Assembly (NCBI RefSeq): GCF_009914755.1
Contig: NC_060937.1
Length of the DNA: 64,000 bases
DNA from: the human T2T-CHM13v2.0 reference genome, Homo sapiens
Direction: 5' to 3' (one strand)
Every line of letters begins with the position of its first letter. Position 1 is the first letter of the stretch. Positions 23,796-39,772 of the stretch are shown here, piece after piece. A model generated the notes under the pieces. The model did no database searches. It saw only the letters and a program-made list of their open reading frames with translations, and was not told the origin of the DNA. The translations under genes were made by a program, and so were the position numbers.

Positions 23796-26034
23796 AAATC
23801 AACCTACTCAGTAGCTGTGGTGGGGAAAGGAAGCATTCCGTCTCCCTAGTGGGTTCACTTTCCTCCACGCTTCCCCCTCCCGCAAGACAGTGCATTTCCT
23901 CTCAAGACCTCCCTGTACCAATCTCTATCGCCTGCTCCCAGCTCTCTCCCTACCCTTCAGCCTTCCCTTAGGGGAATGTATTTTTTGGTTAAAGCAAACA
24001 CGTCTAGAAAATGTTTGAAATACACTAGATTAAAAACCTGATTGTGGTTATTCCCACCTCCAGAGTAGCTTAGAAAGGACCCCCATGGTGTCCATTCCAT
24101 TCCGTGAGCATTTATAGAGTCTCTCCCGTGTGCTGGGTGCTACCATGAATAAATCATAATGCCTGCCCTGCACGGTGACCAGGAGGCTCGTCAGTGTGAG
24201 ACTTGGTTTGGTGTGAACTCTCCAGCTCATCAGGCCGACAGTACCATTGTTCCATCCCGGATTGTAGGTCAGTGTGATCAGGCCTCAGCAGCTTGGGTGT
24301 TAGTTTTTTCTTCTTCTTCTTTGAAAAAAAAAAAATCTATGTTTTCCTCCATGATGGTTAATCCTCAAATAGTCAGGCTTACTTCTGTCCCGGATCCTAA
24401 CCACCTACCAGGTTTTCTTCGTGGGTTTTAGGTTAAGTCCCTGATCCGGTTTCATGCAGCTTTCATTGATGTTTCATTTGCTATCCACCACAGCAAGGTT
24501 ACTTTTTTCAAAAGACAGAAATCTCAGCAGATGTATTCATTCTGGGATGTTTCCTGGACTCACACCAGTGAGCTCATTAGCCCAGGCTAACTATGGGCCT
24601 TTGGGGGCTTTTTCTGTTCTTTCCTTTTTTTTTTTTTTTTCAGTTTGTAGCAAAAAGCAGGATCATGTGATTTGCGCATAGCAGCTCTCCTTCCTGTGTG
24701 TTCAGTGAGCAGTGACTGAAATTCCCCCCAAGAAGGAGGGCTGTGCTTTCTAAACATGCATCCTTCTTAGCAGTGTCTGCTTTTGTTTAGTGGAAGACTG
24801 AAGCTGAAACAGGAAATTTCTAGGTCAGCTATACTTCACTCTAATAAAAGAAAAGTCTAGCCAAAAAGAACAGCAAAACTATGGCCTGGGCTTTTTGGAG
24901 TGTCTTGTCTGATTACCCAATTATTACAGCTCAGATTAGGAAGGGATTAACCCCTGAGGTTGGACAGATGGAGAACACTATTAAAATACCCCATGTGGGG
25001 TTTCGGAGTGAGTAGCAAAGTAACCACCTGTCCCTGTTTCTTGGGTCAGTCTGCCCTCATTTAGAGTCAGAAGATCACTGTCTTTGATGTCCGAGTGTGG
25101 AGAAACTGAATAGCACAGGAAGCAAGCCTGGGGCCCCACCCCTGTCTGGCCCAGAAGCACTGCTCTCCTGAGTCTCTGTCCCTATCTGGAGCCCTGCCCT
25201 AGACTGACCTGGTAAGAAATATTCAGCTGAATTACAAGTGATTTTAGGGTTGTTATTGCCCAGGGCCCTTGGGAACAGTCTGGGGACACTTTATGAGACT
25301 GTCACAGGCAGAAAGATTTCCATTTCAGACCTCCCTATTCCTTTGTGAACTATTGAAGAAATCGGTACCTCTCCTTTCTTGAACCTCTGCATTTCAGGGG
25401 CTACATTGGGGCTGTTTTGTTTTAAGTGTTCTCAGAAGCTGCAGAGGAGTGAAGTGAGATCTGTGTCTTTGTGCCTTTTCGCCCCTGCACTGGGGAGGTT
25501 GGGACAGTCCCTCTCTGGGCAGGGAGGCAGAGTGGCTTTGCCTCATGTTCCAGCTTTGAATTCGCAGGCAGGAAGGTAGTATAAGCAGTCCATTCAATAA
25601 TTAATAAGCCACTTAGGTCTGCTTCAAGTCCTTTATCTTACAGATAAAGGATGTGTTCAGGAACATTAATGGTTGATGAGAAAACATTATGCCAAATAAA
25701 ATATGTTGGGTAATCTTGAAATTGTCATGATTTAGCTGGGTGAGTACTTCTTTCTTATATATCTAACTTAAGTCAATTCGAGAAAAGCCTATTGAGCACA
25801 TAGAATGCCTACCTCATCCCCAGCACCACGGAAACATAGAATCTCAAGGTCAGCAGGGTCCTCAATCCCAAAATTGTATAAGCAGCCAGCCAGTCACGAT
25901 TGGAATGCTTCCAGGGAAAGCACTTCATTGCATCCAGAGGCAGTTTACTCCATGTCCTGACAATCCCACTAGAGTTTTCTTTTTAGAGCTGATTTTCTTT
26001 TTAATCTTCACAGCTTCTTCCCTTAGTTCTAGTT

Positions 26035-26552
<518 letters not shown>

Positions 26553-26574
26553 CATAATATATCTTCTTAATCAC

Positions 26575-27120
26575 TGTTTTGATTGTCTACTACTGAGTAA
26601 CATACTACTCCAAAACTTAATGGCTTTAAATGGTAATCATTTTATTTGCTCACAATTCTGTGGATCAGATATTTTGTCAGGGCTAAGCTGGGCGAATCTT
26701 CTGCTCCACACAGCATCAACTGAGGTCTTTCATGGATTGCAGTATGATGGCCACTAGGACCAGGATGTCCAGGATGGTGTCACTCACACATCTGGCAAGG
26801 ACAGTTGGGAGGTTCCATGTGGCTCACACCAAAGAACTAGCTTGGGCTTCTTTTCTTGACAGTTGGACCCCAAAAGCAAGCATTTTAATCAGAAAAGGTG
26901 AATACTGCATATCTGTACAGACCTAGCCTCAGATGTTATACACATTACATTCACATATTTATTCTGTCAGTCAAAATAAGTCACAGAGCCAGACCAGATT
27001 CAAGCAGAGGGTAATTAAGTTCTGCCTCTTTATTGGAGAACAAAAAAGAGCATGTCAGGTGGCATATATTATTGCATCCATGTGCAGAAACTCCAAGAAC
27101 CAGAAAATTCAACACCATAC
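26575..27120 (-). mobile_element. MLT1 (F/G/H-like) LTR
   Basis: TAACATACTACTCCAAAACTTAATGGCTTTAAA..TTTATTTGCTCACAATTCTGTGG..AAGTCACAGAGCCAGACCAGATTCAAG. Confidence 0.75.
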
Positions 27121-27877
27121 TGCCCCTCTAGAAAACTAATTCATGCATACACAAAATGACATCTCTCTAGGTATTTGAAACTAGCTATCAAGTATCTCCA
27201 AGTCTCCTGCTCTTCAAGCTTCTTCTTTCTTCAAGTGTTTCTTATAAAATGTGGAATGGTACTGTCCCTCTCTTCTGATGTGTTGCAGAACTAAATGTCA
27301 TACTCCAAGGTATGTCTGGCCTGGTGAGAACAGAAGGCCCATCATCTCCTGTCTTTAAATATGGAGATTGAATCAACAGGAATTCTTGACCAACATATAG
27401 AAATTCTGTTACTTGAAACTCTGATGCCCCCCCTACCCTGTAATTGTGCAATTGCTTTGAAAGACCAAAGTTAAATTATATTTTGTGAAATTTGGCCTAG
27501 CAGTCTTACTCATTGATTTCATCTTCCACTGCAGTCATGGTCCACTCAGCTTTCAGTCAAACCTGCATTTGACTCATGACTTCCCTCCTCCTTCCACAAC
27601 TTCTTCAAAGTCATCGATAAAACTATTGGCCTGTTCAGATACAAGAAGGAGCTCTGAGGAACATCATGGAAAACCTCTCTCCATATTAAAATCCAGACAC
27701 TGATCTGCAACCTGTGCAAACTGATAAGGCAGAGTTGTTCAGATAATTCTGGATCCACCAACTTGTCTGGGCACACATTTTTACTTCTTGACTCAGGAGC
27801 CAAAAGAACCATCACCAGCACTGTGCTCACCCATGATCTTGGCAGCAAAAGAAATTAGGTCAGTCTGGATGTGTCTT

Positions 27878-28175
<298 letters not shown>

Positions 28176-30479
28176 AGGATGTTCTTACTGAGGCCCTGCT
28201 GACGCTTGGCAATCACAACTTCCCTTCTCAAATAATTTCTTTAACACTCCATGCTGGAATCTCACCCCACCTCATGCCCTTTCTGCCTCAACACTGTTCA
28301 CCTATTTGCAGCTTTCTGTTCTCCAGAGTCCTCACTGATGCAGGCACCAGATCAGTTGTAACAGCAGGATCTTAGAACCTGATCCTTTTATGAATCTGGG
28401 TCAGGAGACATGAAATCAGAGCAGCAAGGGCTGCCCACTCTTTAAGAAACATGGGCTTCTGCTCCCCTTCACTATTTATTTTACAATAAGCAAAAGAAAG
28501 CCTCAAGAGTCTACCTTCAAGCTGCTTACAGCATAGCTCAAGGAGGAGGTATACATGCTAATAGTCAGAATATGAAACAAAATAGAATCACTCACTGCCT
28601 GGGTGCAGGGAACATGAGACATTATAGGGTTTATAAGACACATTATTTACACTTGGGCAGGTCACAAAAGGCTTCATGGAGGCAGTGGCGTATGGAGTAG
28701 ATTCTAAATAGCAGGTAGGTGATGGCGAGGATGCAGAGAAATGGCTCTCATACCGCTGCCTGTAGATCTGGAAATTCATAGACATTCTTCAAAATGACCA
28801 GGTATTAATTTAAAATGCTTGTGCCTTTCAACCTTGTGATTTCAAAGTTCAAGTAAATAATCTGAACATAAACTTATTCAAAGTGTTAGTTAAATGATAT
28901 TGCTGTTTAATGGAACACAGAGCAACCACCAAGACTTTGTGAACATCAACCTGATGCCAGCTGAGGGACCAGAGGGGCCCTCCTTGTAGTCTCTCAGATG
29001 TCTGATTAATATGCCCTGATTCTCCCTTCCACAATTTATGAAATGCAAATCTTTCCCATTAACTTTGTAGATTACCAAGAGCTTCTTTTCAAGTGCTTTT
29101 TTCTGGCTATGCCCTGCCCAGGGCTGCTTTAATTCAGTTCCTATTTCCCTCGAGTATTTCTTGATTTGGGTGATTGGCCATGGTTGTGCGGCTCCTGGAT
29201 GGGGCTGGGATTGCACAGTCCGGCTCTGTCTCTCACTCACTCTTGCTTCCTTTACTTCCTGGAGCAACTGACAAATGATTCCCCACACTTCTCCTCAGAG
29301 CTTTTTTTCTTTAAAAAGGCAAGTTTTCCCCTAAAAGGAATTCTCATATCAGTTGCTAATAATATACATTTCCCCTCGCATTATTGTATGAAGAATTTTT
29401 TCATGACATGGGAAAATGCTTATGATAACATTTCTCCCCACTCCCTTCGGAGCAAGGAAAAAGCAACACACAATCTTGAAACTACACCCAGGATAGTGTC
29501 AACCATGTAAAACAATATGCATCAAGGGAAATTTAATCAACAGTAGCAGTGGCCAGCTCTGGATTAGGACGCTGGGTGATTTGTATTCTTCTATATGAAT
29601 CTGCTGTCTTTACCAAGTCTTCAAAGATAACGCATATTTGGAGCCCAGGTGCCTGGGAAAATGGAAATTTTACTGTTTGGAAAAATTTTAAAAAATCAAA
29701 AAGCAGGGAGCAGCCAGTGTGGGAAAGACAGCTGCGGTTTCCTTTTCCCTCCAGGCGCAGGCGGCGCACCTGCCAATGGGTGCTTCTGCCCTCCCTACCC
29801 TGCGCTGGTAACTACCACCTCAAAGTGGAAGCTGGACAGTTCAAACGTTTGTAAAAGGCAGATCTCGGTGTTCTGACTTCTCCTCGTCCTGTTGGTAGAC
29901 TGCCTCCGTGACATGCTGGCAGGATTTCTATAAGGGCACAGAAGGCACAGGAGGGTGGGTGAGGACTCTGTGGCCTGCGAGTGCGCACCGGGTGCATGTG
30001 CTAGTTTTGGGCCGCCCTACAGATTCCTAACTCACCTTCAGCAACGACCTGCACCGTGAACCACACTTTCCAATACAGATGGTTCCCTTTTTGGCAGACT
30101 AGCAAAACTCGGGGGGCTACCCACAGAAAGTGCTCATCTTGCTACCTCTGTTCAACATTTAGCTTCTGACTAATCAATCCGAAACTATCACCCCACTGCA
30201 GCCTTTCTGCAGCTGACACAGGTGAATTCATGAAGACCGGGAAGGGCTCCTAATATTTCCATCTGAAGCGGGATCTCTGAAATTTCATAGACATGCGGTC
30301 ACGCACACATCTTTCCAAGGTCTCAGAAGCACAACAGCTATTCACAGCTTCTCTGAGAACAGACAAGGGGCTTGCAGGTGGGTTGTACTTGAATAAGCTT
30401 CTTTCTTCCCTTCCTCCCTCCAACAACATGAAGCACCAGAATAACTCCCTGTTACTAATGTGCGAGAAGTTTCTTGTAG

Positions 30480-31258
<779 letters not shown>

Positions 31259-33779
31259 TAAACAGAATTTTTCTCATGCCCTTGTGAAGCATTGTATTCA
31301 CATTGAGTACAAGCCTCTGGTCCTCTCACTTCGTACACAGATGGCTGGAGACAACAGGCACCCCAGTGCATGTTTCCCTGTCTCCCACTCTCTGCTCTCT
31401 GGCAGGAACGAAGCCCGAGGAAACCAGGCAAGAATTCTCTGTCCTTAAAGAGACAGGAAAGTTCTCCTGGAAGGAAAGGGCCATGGCTCCATTTAGACCT
31501 GCAGCCTGCCCTGCGGGGAAGTGGGGAGAAGGCAGGACCGGAGAGTGTGGAAGGGATTAGTGGCTAGGGTGGAAGAGAGTGTAAGAGAAAGAACTGGCTG
31601 TCTAGTAGATTCCAAACCAAAGCAGGACCCAGACTTGCAGGGATCCCCATCTCCTTTCTGATTCTTCCCACATGAACACGCTCCAGCTGGAACCCAGCTA
31701 CCAGCAGCTTAGGTGGTTTGGGAAATACTTGAGCTTCTCCACCAGCATCCCTGACTTTTATACCCTCTAAATGTATAATGACATTGTGCATTTGGTGTAC
31801 AAATACAGCATCGAAACAATTCTTCTAGTTATCTTTTCTTATGAGGTTAGGACTCTGAGCCTTTTCTCTACAGAAATTCTAGAAGGTTCTAAACATGGGC
31901 TGGTGAGAACTAGCTTACGTTTGAAGAATCTCACCTGGCTGCCATGTGGAGATTGGATCTAGGGGCAAGGTGGCATGGGGAGGCCAATTAGGAAGGTTCC
32001 TGGTGGTTTGGGCTAAGGTGGTAGCAACAGAGACAGCAAGAGGTGGTGGTGGTGATGTGTGTTAACAGACCACATTCTCAGACATCATCGTCAGTGACAT
32101 TAAACATGATGTTAACATTAAACACGATGTTGATAGAGCCACTTATATAGTTGGATGTGACAGCTGTGATAACTACATCTGCATCTAGTCAATCATATTC
32201 AAAGTTATTTACTGAGCTCAGGAAAGCAAAATAAGACACAAGCCCTATCCTCAAGTAGCTTACAGAATCTAGGACAGAAATTTTGCCTATGACCAGGTGG
32301 AACAAGTGCCATTTGAAAGGCACAATTCAGTGGGATTCAGACCCTCCAAACGAGGACAATGACTCCTGACAGGGGTAACCAGGGGTGCTTCCCTGGTGTG
32401 GGTGAGAAAATGCGGAGAGGAGGCCTTCCTAACATAGCAGAGGCCTATGGGGCAGGACAGGAATGGCTGGGGATAGGGAAGCGTGCAGCGTCCTCAAAAG
32501 GTGTGAATGCTGATTCGAGCTGGAGGGTACGATTCACAAAGGAGTAGTTTTTGGGAGGGGAAGCTTGAAGATAGATTAAGATTAGTTTAAGGAAGGCTGT
32601 AAATGCTAAATTAAAGGGTTTATTCTGTGGGCAGAGGGAAATATTGAAGTTTTGGGGCAGGTGGGAGTTTATCATTGTCTGTAGGCAGGCAGATTACAGG
32701 GGGCAAACCGGGACATGAGCATGGAGTTCAGTCGCCCATCTGCTGCTAGACAGGAAGAAAGAGTAAATTCTAGAAACATTGTGGGCATAGAGCCACATTG
32801 TAATTACCTGGCTGAACGTGAAGGGTGAACAGAGGAGAGAAAAGAGAACTGAAGGATGCTGAAGTTTAATGACTAGGGGAGTTGGGAGTTGCTGTTCATT
32901 TCTCTCCGATTGAATTTCAGGTACATCTGGCACAGGAGGGTCAAGGTGGCCAGCACGCACATGGAGATGCACAGCTAACACTGGGGAAAACCAGACTGGA
33001 ATAATTCTCTGAGCCTTCTCCTTACAGGCAGCAGTCAAAGCAATGGGAGTGAATGCAATTGATGAGAAAAAATAATGAAGAACCAGAGAGGAGGAAAGGA
33101 AAGGGGGTAAAGGAATCATCTTGTAGAAAACTCATAGCTAAGGGTCAAGAAGGAGAAGGTTAAGCAGGGGAGTGATCAAGAGGTTGGTTGATAGCTCTGC
33201 TCTGTAGACCTTTAATTTGTTTGGAACTTGGTGCCACCCTGCCATCGTAGCTGGCTTGCTAATGTTCCAAATAACCTCCAGCTTGCTTGTCTCTACTTTT
33301 CTGGACATTATGATGCCCAAGTAACAGAATACTGTTGCTGAGAAAGATCTTTTACAAAATCTCTGTTATACAATTAGAGCTTGTTCATTTTAGGTGTTTT
33401 TTTTTTTTTAAATCAGACCATAGTTCTGCATTATGAGTCTTTCAGATCTCTGTAAATAGCATTTGTCTTCCTGGCTGAGGATCTCAAAGACATTCAACAA
33501 TATTTGAATCTTAGGCTGGAGGACATTTTCGTATTCTTCAGTCAGGAATAGCACACTTCCTTTCATGAATAGCAGCTTTTAGGGATTATATCATGAGGTA
33601 CAAATAAAGAGGCCCTCACCTGGTAAATAATCCATCATGTATGCATTGTGTACAGAACACAATGACTCTTGACCTCAGCCTGGCTTCCTGTGTAGAAGAG
33701 TATGGTAGAACCTGAGCAGAGAGAGGGACGGAGAGAAAGAACCCCAGCTCAGATCATACGCATGATTCAGACTGCAAAG

Positions 33780-33931
33780 CAGGACTGCTTCATGGCATGT
33801 GGCATCAGTTGCACCAGGCCCATGCTGGGCTAATGCCCCACTGGTGAGTTTTGAAATTCTTAATACTTTTTGAACAAGAAGCCCTGAATTTTTATTTTCA
33901 CTGGGCACTGCATATGATCTAGCCAGTCCTG
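33780..33931 (+). mobile_element. MER45A-like hAT MITE
   Basis: TIRs CAGGACTG/CAGTCCTG; 8-bp TSD CTGCAAAG / CTGCAGAG; internal TTGAAATTCTTAATACTTTTTGAACAAG. Confidence 0.85.
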
Positions 33932-34989
33932 CTGCAGAGCTTAACATATGTCTGAATAATAACAGAAGAGGTCAATGGGGTCTCTCTTGGAAATAATGTT
34001 TGAAGTGGCTGTATAGGTCCTGCAAGCTGGGACTGCAGGATGTGGTCCCACGGGCTTCCCCGACGATGGCTAACTGAGGCCAGCCTGGGAGGAGCAAGTG
34101 CTCTGCAGACCGTGGCGTTGGGAGCTTTACCTTTGAGGATAGTGTCTGGGCAACAGCTGCTCACCCTGCATGGCCAAAGAATTTAGCTGCAAAAATCTAC
34201 TTTGGAACTCCCTAATTAAACTAATGAAGTCAGAGCATTTTAATCTGTTCTTGGTGCAGCCCTATGTCTAATCCCAGAATAAATAGATAATTGTGACTTT
34301 GTGGCATATGTGTGCTGAGAAAAAATAATGTGTGCTGGTTGTTTTTTGTTTTTCTTTTTCTTTTTCTTTTTTTTTTTTTTTGGTGATATGTAAGCCAGAC
34401 AACATCTTTATATCCTTTTTTAAAAGCTTGGGAAAGGAACTGATTTTCCTTAGCCAAATGCAATGTTTAAAATGAAGCGAAATTGTAGTGCTTTTACAAT
34501 CAATCACACTTGTATTTCACCATCCTTTACTGACTGCCATAAACAAGTCATGCCCAATAGTTCCTACACTTGAAAGATCCTATTTGATCCTCAAATTTTT
34601 CTTGCTTTAAAGAACACTCATGAATAATAAATGCTACCACACAGATGTCGCCTAAAGAGGCTGAGGTTGGGGAAGTGCAGAGCGAGTCTTGTCTCCCTCC
34701 TTTAGCCTCGCATTCTACAAATGAGGAAACTTCACTGGTTAGCCTTCAAACTATATCATGTTATTTCCCTGAGACACATACATCTTCATAATGTTGGAAA
34801 AGCCTATAAAATCCAAAAGCTAAAGGGTCATTCTGTTTAATCCTTCCATTTTTCTTCCCATCAAGAGTGTTCTTTGTTAAATATTTCTACCTCCTTTTCA
34901 AATAACTGAAATGAAGTCACTCTTACCCCCTTTGGAGTTTATTGATTTATTTACCAAATCTTTTACGTATTAATCCAACTATTAGGCTA

Positions 34990-35282
34990 CTTTTTTTTTT
35001 TTTTGACGGAGTCTCGCTCTGTCGCCCAGCCTGGAGACTGCACTCAATCTCTGCTCACTGCAACCTCTGCCCCCCAGGTTCAAGCAATTCTCATGCCTCA
35101 CCCTCCTGAGTAGCTGGGTTACAGGAATGCACCACCATACCCGGCAGTTTTTTGTGATTTTAGTAGAGATGGGGTTTCACCACGTTGGCCAGGCTGGTCT
35201 TGAACTCCTGACCTCAGGTGATCTGCTGGCCTTGGCCTCTCAAAGTGTTGGGATTACAGGCGTGAGCCACCACACCCAGCCC
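34990..35282 (-). mobile_element. Alu (AluSx-like)
   Basis: Reverse dimer with T tail. Confidence 0.92.
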
Positions 35283-35598
35283 TCAGATTCTTTTATGCAG
35301 GAGAAATCTCTGTCCTACAGCCTCTCACTTTACCTCTAGCTCAGCTAAGTACTAAATGCAAGGTTTTCATTTCAGAGCGACCACTGAGAGTGCATGGACA
35401 GTCAGCACACTCCACCTCTACTAGCAGAAAGGAGTAACTTCTCAAGTGAATGGTGAACACCTATTTATCATGCCCAAGGCTGGCTGCTCCAGCCAGGGGA
35501 CACAAAAATCAGCAAAATACAGACCCTACTTAAAGAGGACATATGGACATTTTACAAATTTTCTTGAGAGTAAATTTGTAATTTACAAATTTCCTTGA

Positions 35599-35713
35599 TA
35601 AGATGTGACCAACCATCTCAATTTGCTGAAATGGAGGGATTTCCCAAGATATGGGACTTTCAGCTTCAAAATCAAGAAAGTTCTTGGCAAACCAGGAGGA
35701 GTTGGTTATTCTA
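35599..35713. mobile_element. MER81-like hAT MITE
   Basis: GTGACCAACCATCTCAATTTGC...GGGACTTTCAG...GGCAAACCAGGAGGAGTTGGTTATTCTA. Confidence 0.7.
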
Positions 35714-35769
35714 CTAATTAAAAAGTAAATAGCATTACTGTGTATGTGGAAAAGAAGATACAGTACACA

Positions 35770-35866
35770 GGGCCAGGCATGGTGGCTCACACCTGTAATA
35801 TCGGTGCTTTGGGAGGCTGAGGCAGGAGGGTCACTTGAGTGAGACTCTGTCTGTAAACAAAGAAAG
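35770..35866 (+). mobile_element. Internally deleted Alu (~95 bp) with intact TSDs
   Basis: Left-arm start fused at CACTTGAG/TGAGACTCTGTCT to the right-arm end; TSD AAAGAAGATACAGTACACA / AAAGAAAATACAGCACACA. Confidence 0.8.
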
Positions 35867-37649
35867 AAAGAAAATACAGCACACACAGCCCTGTTTGTGG
35901 GGCCTCTGTCTGAGCAAACACATGGCTTTTGTGGACCTTTCTGTGTGCACCCCACGAACATGGAGGCAGAATGAGTTACATGGTTCAGTAACATGCTCAA
36001 GATGCATACCTTGAGCTCTGAGTCCCTAAGACTCAGGTGAATAAGGTGAATAAGGACCAACTCAGGGAAAGGTAGGCTCTGCAGGAGACCTTCCAGAAGC
36101 CCTGTGGGTGGGGAGGAGAAGAGAGCTGCCCACATGACAGACAGTGCTTTGGGAGGACCCCCCGGGAGCACCCTTTGACTCTTCTCCCTTCTCTCTCTTG
36201 CTGGACTCCCCACCACCATCCCGTAATACTTGACTCCCAAGCGTCACCCCACAACACTTGACTCCCCCAACAGCAGGCAGCGGGGGCCACGGCTCTGCTT
36301 GGACCCCACTCCAGCCTCCCCTGCCACTCTGGGCTCCTCCTGCTGGTGATCCCAGCAGCAATGTCCTCCCTATACGCTGCTGTCTCTTGCCCGGGCCATT
36401 GGATAAAGCTCAACAGGACAGACATGCCGGAGAAAGCAAATTTTATCCCAAGACAAACACTACAGTCTCTCTTCAGAGAAGCCTTTGAAGGTGGAAAACA
36501 TTATGGTGGATGGAACTGGAGGTTTTCATGACCTGTGAAGAAATGCTGGGAAACTGGAAGAATAGAGAGACAAACAGCTCCTCTTTCCTTTTGTCTTTAT
36601 TTTGATATTTGTTCTTGAACAGTCCCTTGTTTATTATCTTGTGGTGTGTATTCTGTCCCCATGATGATGCCTACCGCAGAGCCAAAATGTGAAATGAGAC
36701 TCATTGTCCACCGCAGATGTGCTGCTGGAGGCTGGCGGGGCAGTGGTGAGGGAGGGAGACGTGTCAGCTGAGCCCGTGACAAAGAGATGCTCTGTGTGTT
36801 GTTTACCACGACCTTCACGAGAGTCCAGATGGGGAGCTGTACACTCAAGGTCTGAAATCCACAACAAGGGAGATTCTAGGCAGAGAAGAGGAGAACGCAG
36901 TTGAGCTTGGAGAGATGAACTGGGTTGGAGTTCAAAGAGAGACATAGTACTTCACCCTGGGCAGAGTCATTTGCTGAGCTGAGAACAAGTGCTTGTTCTT
37001 GGGCAGTTAACACATAACAATGTCTTCTGGAGACAACAGATGCTTGAATCTTATTACTACTTAAGCTGATTTAAGATTTATATTAGCTTGGTTTAAGTGT
37101 GTCACTAGAATAACATTTTTTACTTCCATATTAATTTTGAGGTTGAACTGGGAACAATTGCGAAAACAAGCATGAAATTAATTTCTTTATAATCTCTCAG
37201 TAGTCATATGACATCAATATCAGTAGAGCTCATATTGAAGAACTATTTGACTCAAAAACAATTGTATGTCAGGCACTACGTTAATCTTAGAGAATTAACA
37301 TAGGGATCTCCTAGTAAAATAAGCACTCTATTTAATTTTATTCCTTATTTAGTTATCTGCATTCCTGACTCAGCTGAAAATTTCACAGGAATAGGGAACA
37401 AATCTGTCTGTATCCTTTATGCCTTGCACGGTGCCCAGCTAGCATATAGTAGCCACTCAATAAATACTTGTTCAATGTATGAATATATGAATGGACATAG
37501 TTCATATGAGGCATGATCTCTGCCTTTAAATTGTGCAATCTCATAAAGAAAACAAATATAATCTTTAAAAAATCCATACAAAACAGAGTGAATTAATTGA
37601 CAAACATGTAACCACATTCATTCATTTATTCAGTCAACAAATATTTATA

Positions 37650-37824
37650 GCCAGGTGAGTTGGCTCACACCTGTAATCCCAGGACTTTGGGAGGCCAACA
37701 TGGGCAGAGCGCTTGAGCTCAGGATTTCAAGACCAGCCTGGGAAACATGACAAAACCCCATCTCTACAAAAACATACAAAAATTGGCCAGGCATGATGAT
37801 GCACGCCTGTAGTCCCAGCTACTC
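37650..37824 (+). mobile_element. 3'-truncated Alu (AluJ-like)
   Basis: Left arm, A linker and start of right arm, ending at CCCAGCTACTC. Confidence 0.88.
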
Positions 37825-38770
37825 CACAGGCATATGAAAAGATACTCCACATCATATGTCATCAAGGAAATGCAAATTAAAACAATGGTGAGATGCCACT
37901 ACATATTTATTAGAATGGCTAAAATCCAGAATACTGACAACACTAAATGCTGACAAGGATGTGGAGCAACAGGAACTCTCATTCATTGCTGTGGGAATGC
38001 AAAATGGTACAGCCAGGTTGGGAGACAATTGGACAGTTTCTTACAAAACTAAACATGTTCTTACCATGCAATCCAGCAATTGTAGCTCTTAGTATTTACC
38101 CAATGCATTAAAAGCAATACATTTATGTCCACACAAAAACTTGCACACAAATATTTATGGAAGCTCTATTCATAACTGCTAAAACTTGGAAGCAACCAAG
38201 GTGTCCTTCAGTAAGTGAATGGACAAGTAAATTGTGGTCCCTCCAGACAATGGAATATTATTCAGGATTAAAAAGAAATGAACTAAACTATCAAGCCATG
38301 AAAAAACATGGAGGAACCTTAAATGCATATTACTAAGTGAAAGAAGCCAACCTGAAAAAGCTGCATAATGTATGATTTCCAACTATATGATACTCTGGAA
38401 CAGTCACAACTATGAAAAAATAAAAAAATGGGAGGAGGAAGGAATGAATAGGTAGAGCCCAGGATTGGTAAGACAGTGAAACTACTCTGTATGGTACTAT
38501 AATGGTGGGTACATGTCACTGTACATTTGTCCAGCCCCATAGAATGTTCAATACCAAGGGTGAACTAATGTCAACTATGGACTCTAGGGGATAATGATGT
38601 GTCCTTGTAGGCTCATCGGTGGTAACAAATGTACCATTTTCTTGTGGGATGTTGATAGTAAGGGGAGGTTTGTGGGGGTGGGGTGGCAGGAGGTATATGG
38701 GAACTCTCTGTACCTTCAACTCAATTTTGCTGTGACCCTAAAGCTACTCTAAAAAAATAGTTTACTAAAA
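37825..38770 (+). mobile_element. L1MC-like 3' fragment
   Basis: GCATATGAAAAGATACTCCACATCATATGTCATC..GGATGTGGAGCAACAGGAACTCTCATTCATTGCTG..GGTATATGGGAACTCTCTGTAC. Confidence 0.88.
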
Positions 38771-39464
38771 ATGTATAGTGAGGAAAGGAAAAGATTAATA
38801 AGTCTGATTACATAAAAATTAATAATTTATATTCAGTAAATATTACCATAAATAAAATGAAATGAAAAGTATAACACTTTAAAATACGTTTACATTTTAA
38901 ACATTTAAAAATAGAAACACATTAAAACATAATATGTTGAAATTATAATATTATAACATTTATTTTCACTGTTCCAAATGTAATCTCCCCAATCCCACAA
39001 CATTTACTTCAACACAAACAACTTTTCCCCAAACCATCAACATCAACTGGTCTTCATGTCCACATAGAGAGGGCTGCTAAGAAACTCAGCAGGATTCAGA
39101 TCTCATTCATGTTGTTCTCTGGATCCTGAAGGAAGAGCACCTCTCCCCTCTGGTAGCCCGAGCATCCGTTGGTTTTCCTGTCCTGGCTGGAAGGGCCTGT
39201 TACAAAGTGCTTCCTTTGGTTATGGCATTAGTGAGCTTTCTGGGCATTTTTTCGTTTTTGATTCAGGGCAGGTATTGCTTCTCACTGTAGGCAGCTAATA
39301 ACTTCACTTGTTTCCCATCTGCCTTCATCACTCTGAGTTTTTAACCTCTTACTGATGGGAAGAAAGTAGCCGGTCAGGAAGCCCAGGCTGCCCATGAGGA
39401 GGGTGCATCACTGGCTGTGGTTTCATGTGGCTCTGACAATAACCAGACCTGGGTTTACTTTCCT

Positions 39465-39772
39465 CTTGTTTTTGTTTGTTTGTTTGTTTTTAAGATGGAA
39501 TCTTGCTCTCTCTCCCAGGCTGGAGTGCAGTGGTGTGATCTCTGCAGATCACCACAACCTCCGCCTCCCAGGTTCAAGTGATTCTCCTAAATCAGCCTCC
39601 TGAGTAGCTGGGATTACAGGCGTGCGCCACCACACCCAGCTAATTTTTGTATTTTTAGTAGAGACGGGGTTTTGCCATGTTGGCCAGGCTGGTCTTGAAC
39701 TCCTGACCTCAGGTGATCCACCTCGGCCTCCCAAAGTGCTGGGATTACAGGCGTGAGCCACCATGCCTTGCC
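39465..39772 (-). mobile_element. Alu (AluSx-like)
   Basis: Reverse dimer with (TTTG)n tail. Confidence 0.92.

Noticed and set aside
25821-25840. REST/RE1-like CAGCACCACGGA
   Set aside because: Right half (AACATAG) does not match the RE1 consensus CAGCGCC; half-site only.
35530-36240. 236-aa minus-strand ORF
   Set aside because: TTG start; runs through Alu and MER81 remnants; no recognisable domain.
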